From NCBI GenBank assembly GCA_048213135.1, contig PS015081.1, positions 168,785 through 232,784 of the forward strand: 64,000 nucleotides of DNA, given 5' to 3'. The position numbers were made by a program, and so were the translations under genes. The stretch is from Reclinomonas americana ATCC 50394. Lineage: Eukaryota. The notes beneath the pieces are model-generated. The model searched no databases. It saw only the letters and a program-made list of their open reading frames with translations, and had not been told where the DNA came from. Shown one piece after another: positions 61,517 through 64,000 of this stretch; position 1 is the first letter of the stretch; every line of letters begins with the position of its first letter.

Positions 61517-64000
61517 ATGGAGGCCGCTGTGAGAGACGGTTTGTCAAGAGCGCAGTCTGTCTCTTTCTTCCTCTGCTTCTCTGCGCGCATGTGTGTGCGT
61601 GTGGAGAGACAGTGTGAGAGACAGTGTGTGTATGTGTGTGTGAATCCGCATCCTCGCGGCACGCACTCATAATTGGTTCTCATTAATCAATCGTTACAAA
61701 CCAGCGGTCGACCTATTACGTTCGCAACAACGCGACGCACTGCGTGACGCATTGAGTCAAGAGCGACAACGGCACTATCGCTCTCTATCGCGGACACGAG
61801 GACCTCCACAGTTGTTGCCGCAGCCGTACCACACTCACTCGCACCTCCGATCGACGTCGGCAGAGGAGGAGGCGCACGAGGTGTCGCAGTTGGGAGGTGG
61901 TGGAGGTGGCGGTGGAAGTGGAGCAGCTGCAGCAGTCGATGTCGCTGCGATGATGATGACTGGGGTGCCGCCGGCAAGCTCGTTGAAGATTCGCAAGCGG
62001 CATGTTCCCGGGCAGTGGAGACATGCGGCAAAGGTCCCCTCGGTGCGCCCCCCTCTGGTCGCTGTTCTCGCGTGTGTGCGTCTCTCTCACGTCTTCCCCT
62101 CCGCGTGTGTCCGTAGAACCTGTCGGACGGTGTCACTTGGCAGCAGGTTGCCGCCAATCTCTCTGGTATTGAGAAACGGAGTGGTGTTTTTGAAGCGCGT
62201 GGAGGGTGCTCGAGCTCACTCTCGTGTGTGCAGATGGTTCGTCGGCGGATGAGTATGTGCGACAGTGGCTGGATACGGGCATGGGTGGAAGGTGTGTAGT
62301 GGGTGTCGATGATGCAAGTGAGACGAATGGCGGTGGCAGTCTGCGATGCTAATGCTGGGAGGACGCAGAATGCTGCGGAGACCGCCATTGGCGCTGACGG
62401 AGCGCGGGCTCATCTCGTGTCCGCCGCACGCTGTGGAGGTGCCTGACATGAGTGACTCTCGTGCCACCCGCGTGGCACGACCGCCACCGGTTGCGTTGAC
62501 GAGGTTACCGAATCAGAACATCTTTCTGGAGAATGGTCACGGCTCGCGGCCGGGCTCAGTGCGGCAGGAGATTAGCGAGGCCGGCGGCGTGCTGGAGGGC
62601 GGCATTGGGCCGTCGGCAGTGGCCAATCCGGCACTGAGCAGTACACTGTTCAGTCCGCAGCCGTTGACGACGGCCGTGGCCGCCGCCGCAGTCGCCGCCG
62701 CTGCAGCTGCAGCTGCCGCCACGAATTTCAGAGTAACAGCCGGAGCCAAGTCTGATCTTGGTCTGGATGCAGGGGGGATCACGGGAACCCGATTGGCGCC
62801 AGAGCGAGTGCGCAGTCGCTCGCTACTATCACATTGGCCGGCGGCTGTTCACGAACTGTATCCCGTATCTGAATTGCAACTGCAAGCGAGCGGAGTCGCC
62901 GCGGGCACCAGCAGCACTCTGGAGATGTTTGTGAACCACATTCCCAATGCGCTCCCGCCCTCGCCCACACGAAGCGGTCCAAGTTGCGCATGCTGCTCTC
63001 GTGGATGACCCTGTCTGTGCTTGCTGCTCATTTGGCGATTTATTGCGTTGTAGCTGCCATGGCACCACGCAAGCACCACCGACTGACGTTGCAGAACACG
63101 GATGGCCTGATGGAGACCATGTTGTCGCCGACTGCGGCTCGACCACCCGCTGGCGCGGACTCTGACCAGCAGCGACATTACGGCAAGGTCAGTTGTGCAA
63201 TCCATCAAGCACGTTGGCGGCTTCCCCTCACTTTGGAAAACAACATAGGGACCACACCACCATCACCACCACCATCACCAAAAGCAGCCGCATGAGGGTC
63301 CGCTGGATTTCGTAGTTGCTGCTACCTCGGCGGCCAACGCTTCTGGCCGGCACCCGCTTCTCGAAGTCGGCAACGCCCAGTCGCTGCCGGAGCTCAGACC
63401 ACTCGTCGCACCACAGCCGCGTTTTCCCGGCATTCATCCCCCATTACATGCACCGCAGCGTGTGGAGCACGTGCGTGAGTCGGACCCCGGACACTACTCG
63501 CCGAAACTCGAAAGCGTGGACATTTTGGCGCGGCTCGTGCGCTCCAAGCACACGAACAGCAGTCCGCATGTGGCGCTCACCGCCGGTGCGTCGCTGGAAA
63601 AGTGCTGACATTCGCAGTTGACGCCATGCATGCTGACCGTGTGCTTGTGTGACAGCAATTGCGACGACGGCGAATGCCTACAAGAGACTACGAAGGAAAC
63701 GACCGCCCATTGTCGACGTGTCGTACCTGAAACGGGAGCCGGCATTGCGGTGCGTAAGTGTGTGTGCACAGGCGCGTCGTCTGTTATTGAGCTTTCACTG
63801 ATTCGCTCGCCCCTCTGACCGCAGCGGCCGCGTGGTGGCCCCATTTACTGTGGTCGACGAGAGGCAGAAGGAGGACTCGATCCGTGCGCTGATGCCGCGA
63901 CCGCACTCCCTGACGCCACTTCAGGCCGCAGACGTGGAAGAGGAGAGCAACGGGGTGAGTGGAGCGAGGTGCTCGACGAAGGAGTAAGTTGCGACTGACA
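61517..64000 (+). CDS. Low-complexity hypothetical protein, partial (runs off window end)
   Basis: ATG at 61517, GT-AG separated Ala/Gly/Pro-rich exons (e.g. 62346-62990); no domain recognised. Confidence 0.35.

Overview
This is a compact, GC-rich, intron-dense eukaryotic (protist-like) genomic window. It holds about 27 protein-coding genes split by short (~60-100 nt) spliceosomal introns, plus many CA/GA microsatellites and several N gaps. Recognisable genes: WbpP/GalE-type epimerase, TBC+TLDc protein, SKA1, TMEM104, mitochondrial AspRS, Eis-like GNAT, GH85 ENGase, nodulin-like MFS, Sec6/EXOC3, MAP70-like, TOM1-like, an atypical multi-TM-fused P450, EamA/DMT, homeodomain protein, PIGBOS1-like microprotein, FANCF-like, LAMTOR2, SQT1/AAMP and HPD. 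The most striking signal is the splicing system. Besides ordinary G|GTRYGT donors there is a very abundant +1-shifted donor class, H|GTTRYG(T): over 40 frame-supported cases, none after an exonic G. The window also has a U12-type AT-AC intron, a U2-like AT-AC intron, a GC-AG intron, and 4-nt and 5-nt micro-exons. Genes are packed extremely tightly: three convergent pairs are exactly 36 nt apart, and tandem gaps are as small as 21-38 nt. All gene models were spliced by eye and family calls come from remembered motifs; no database searches were run.
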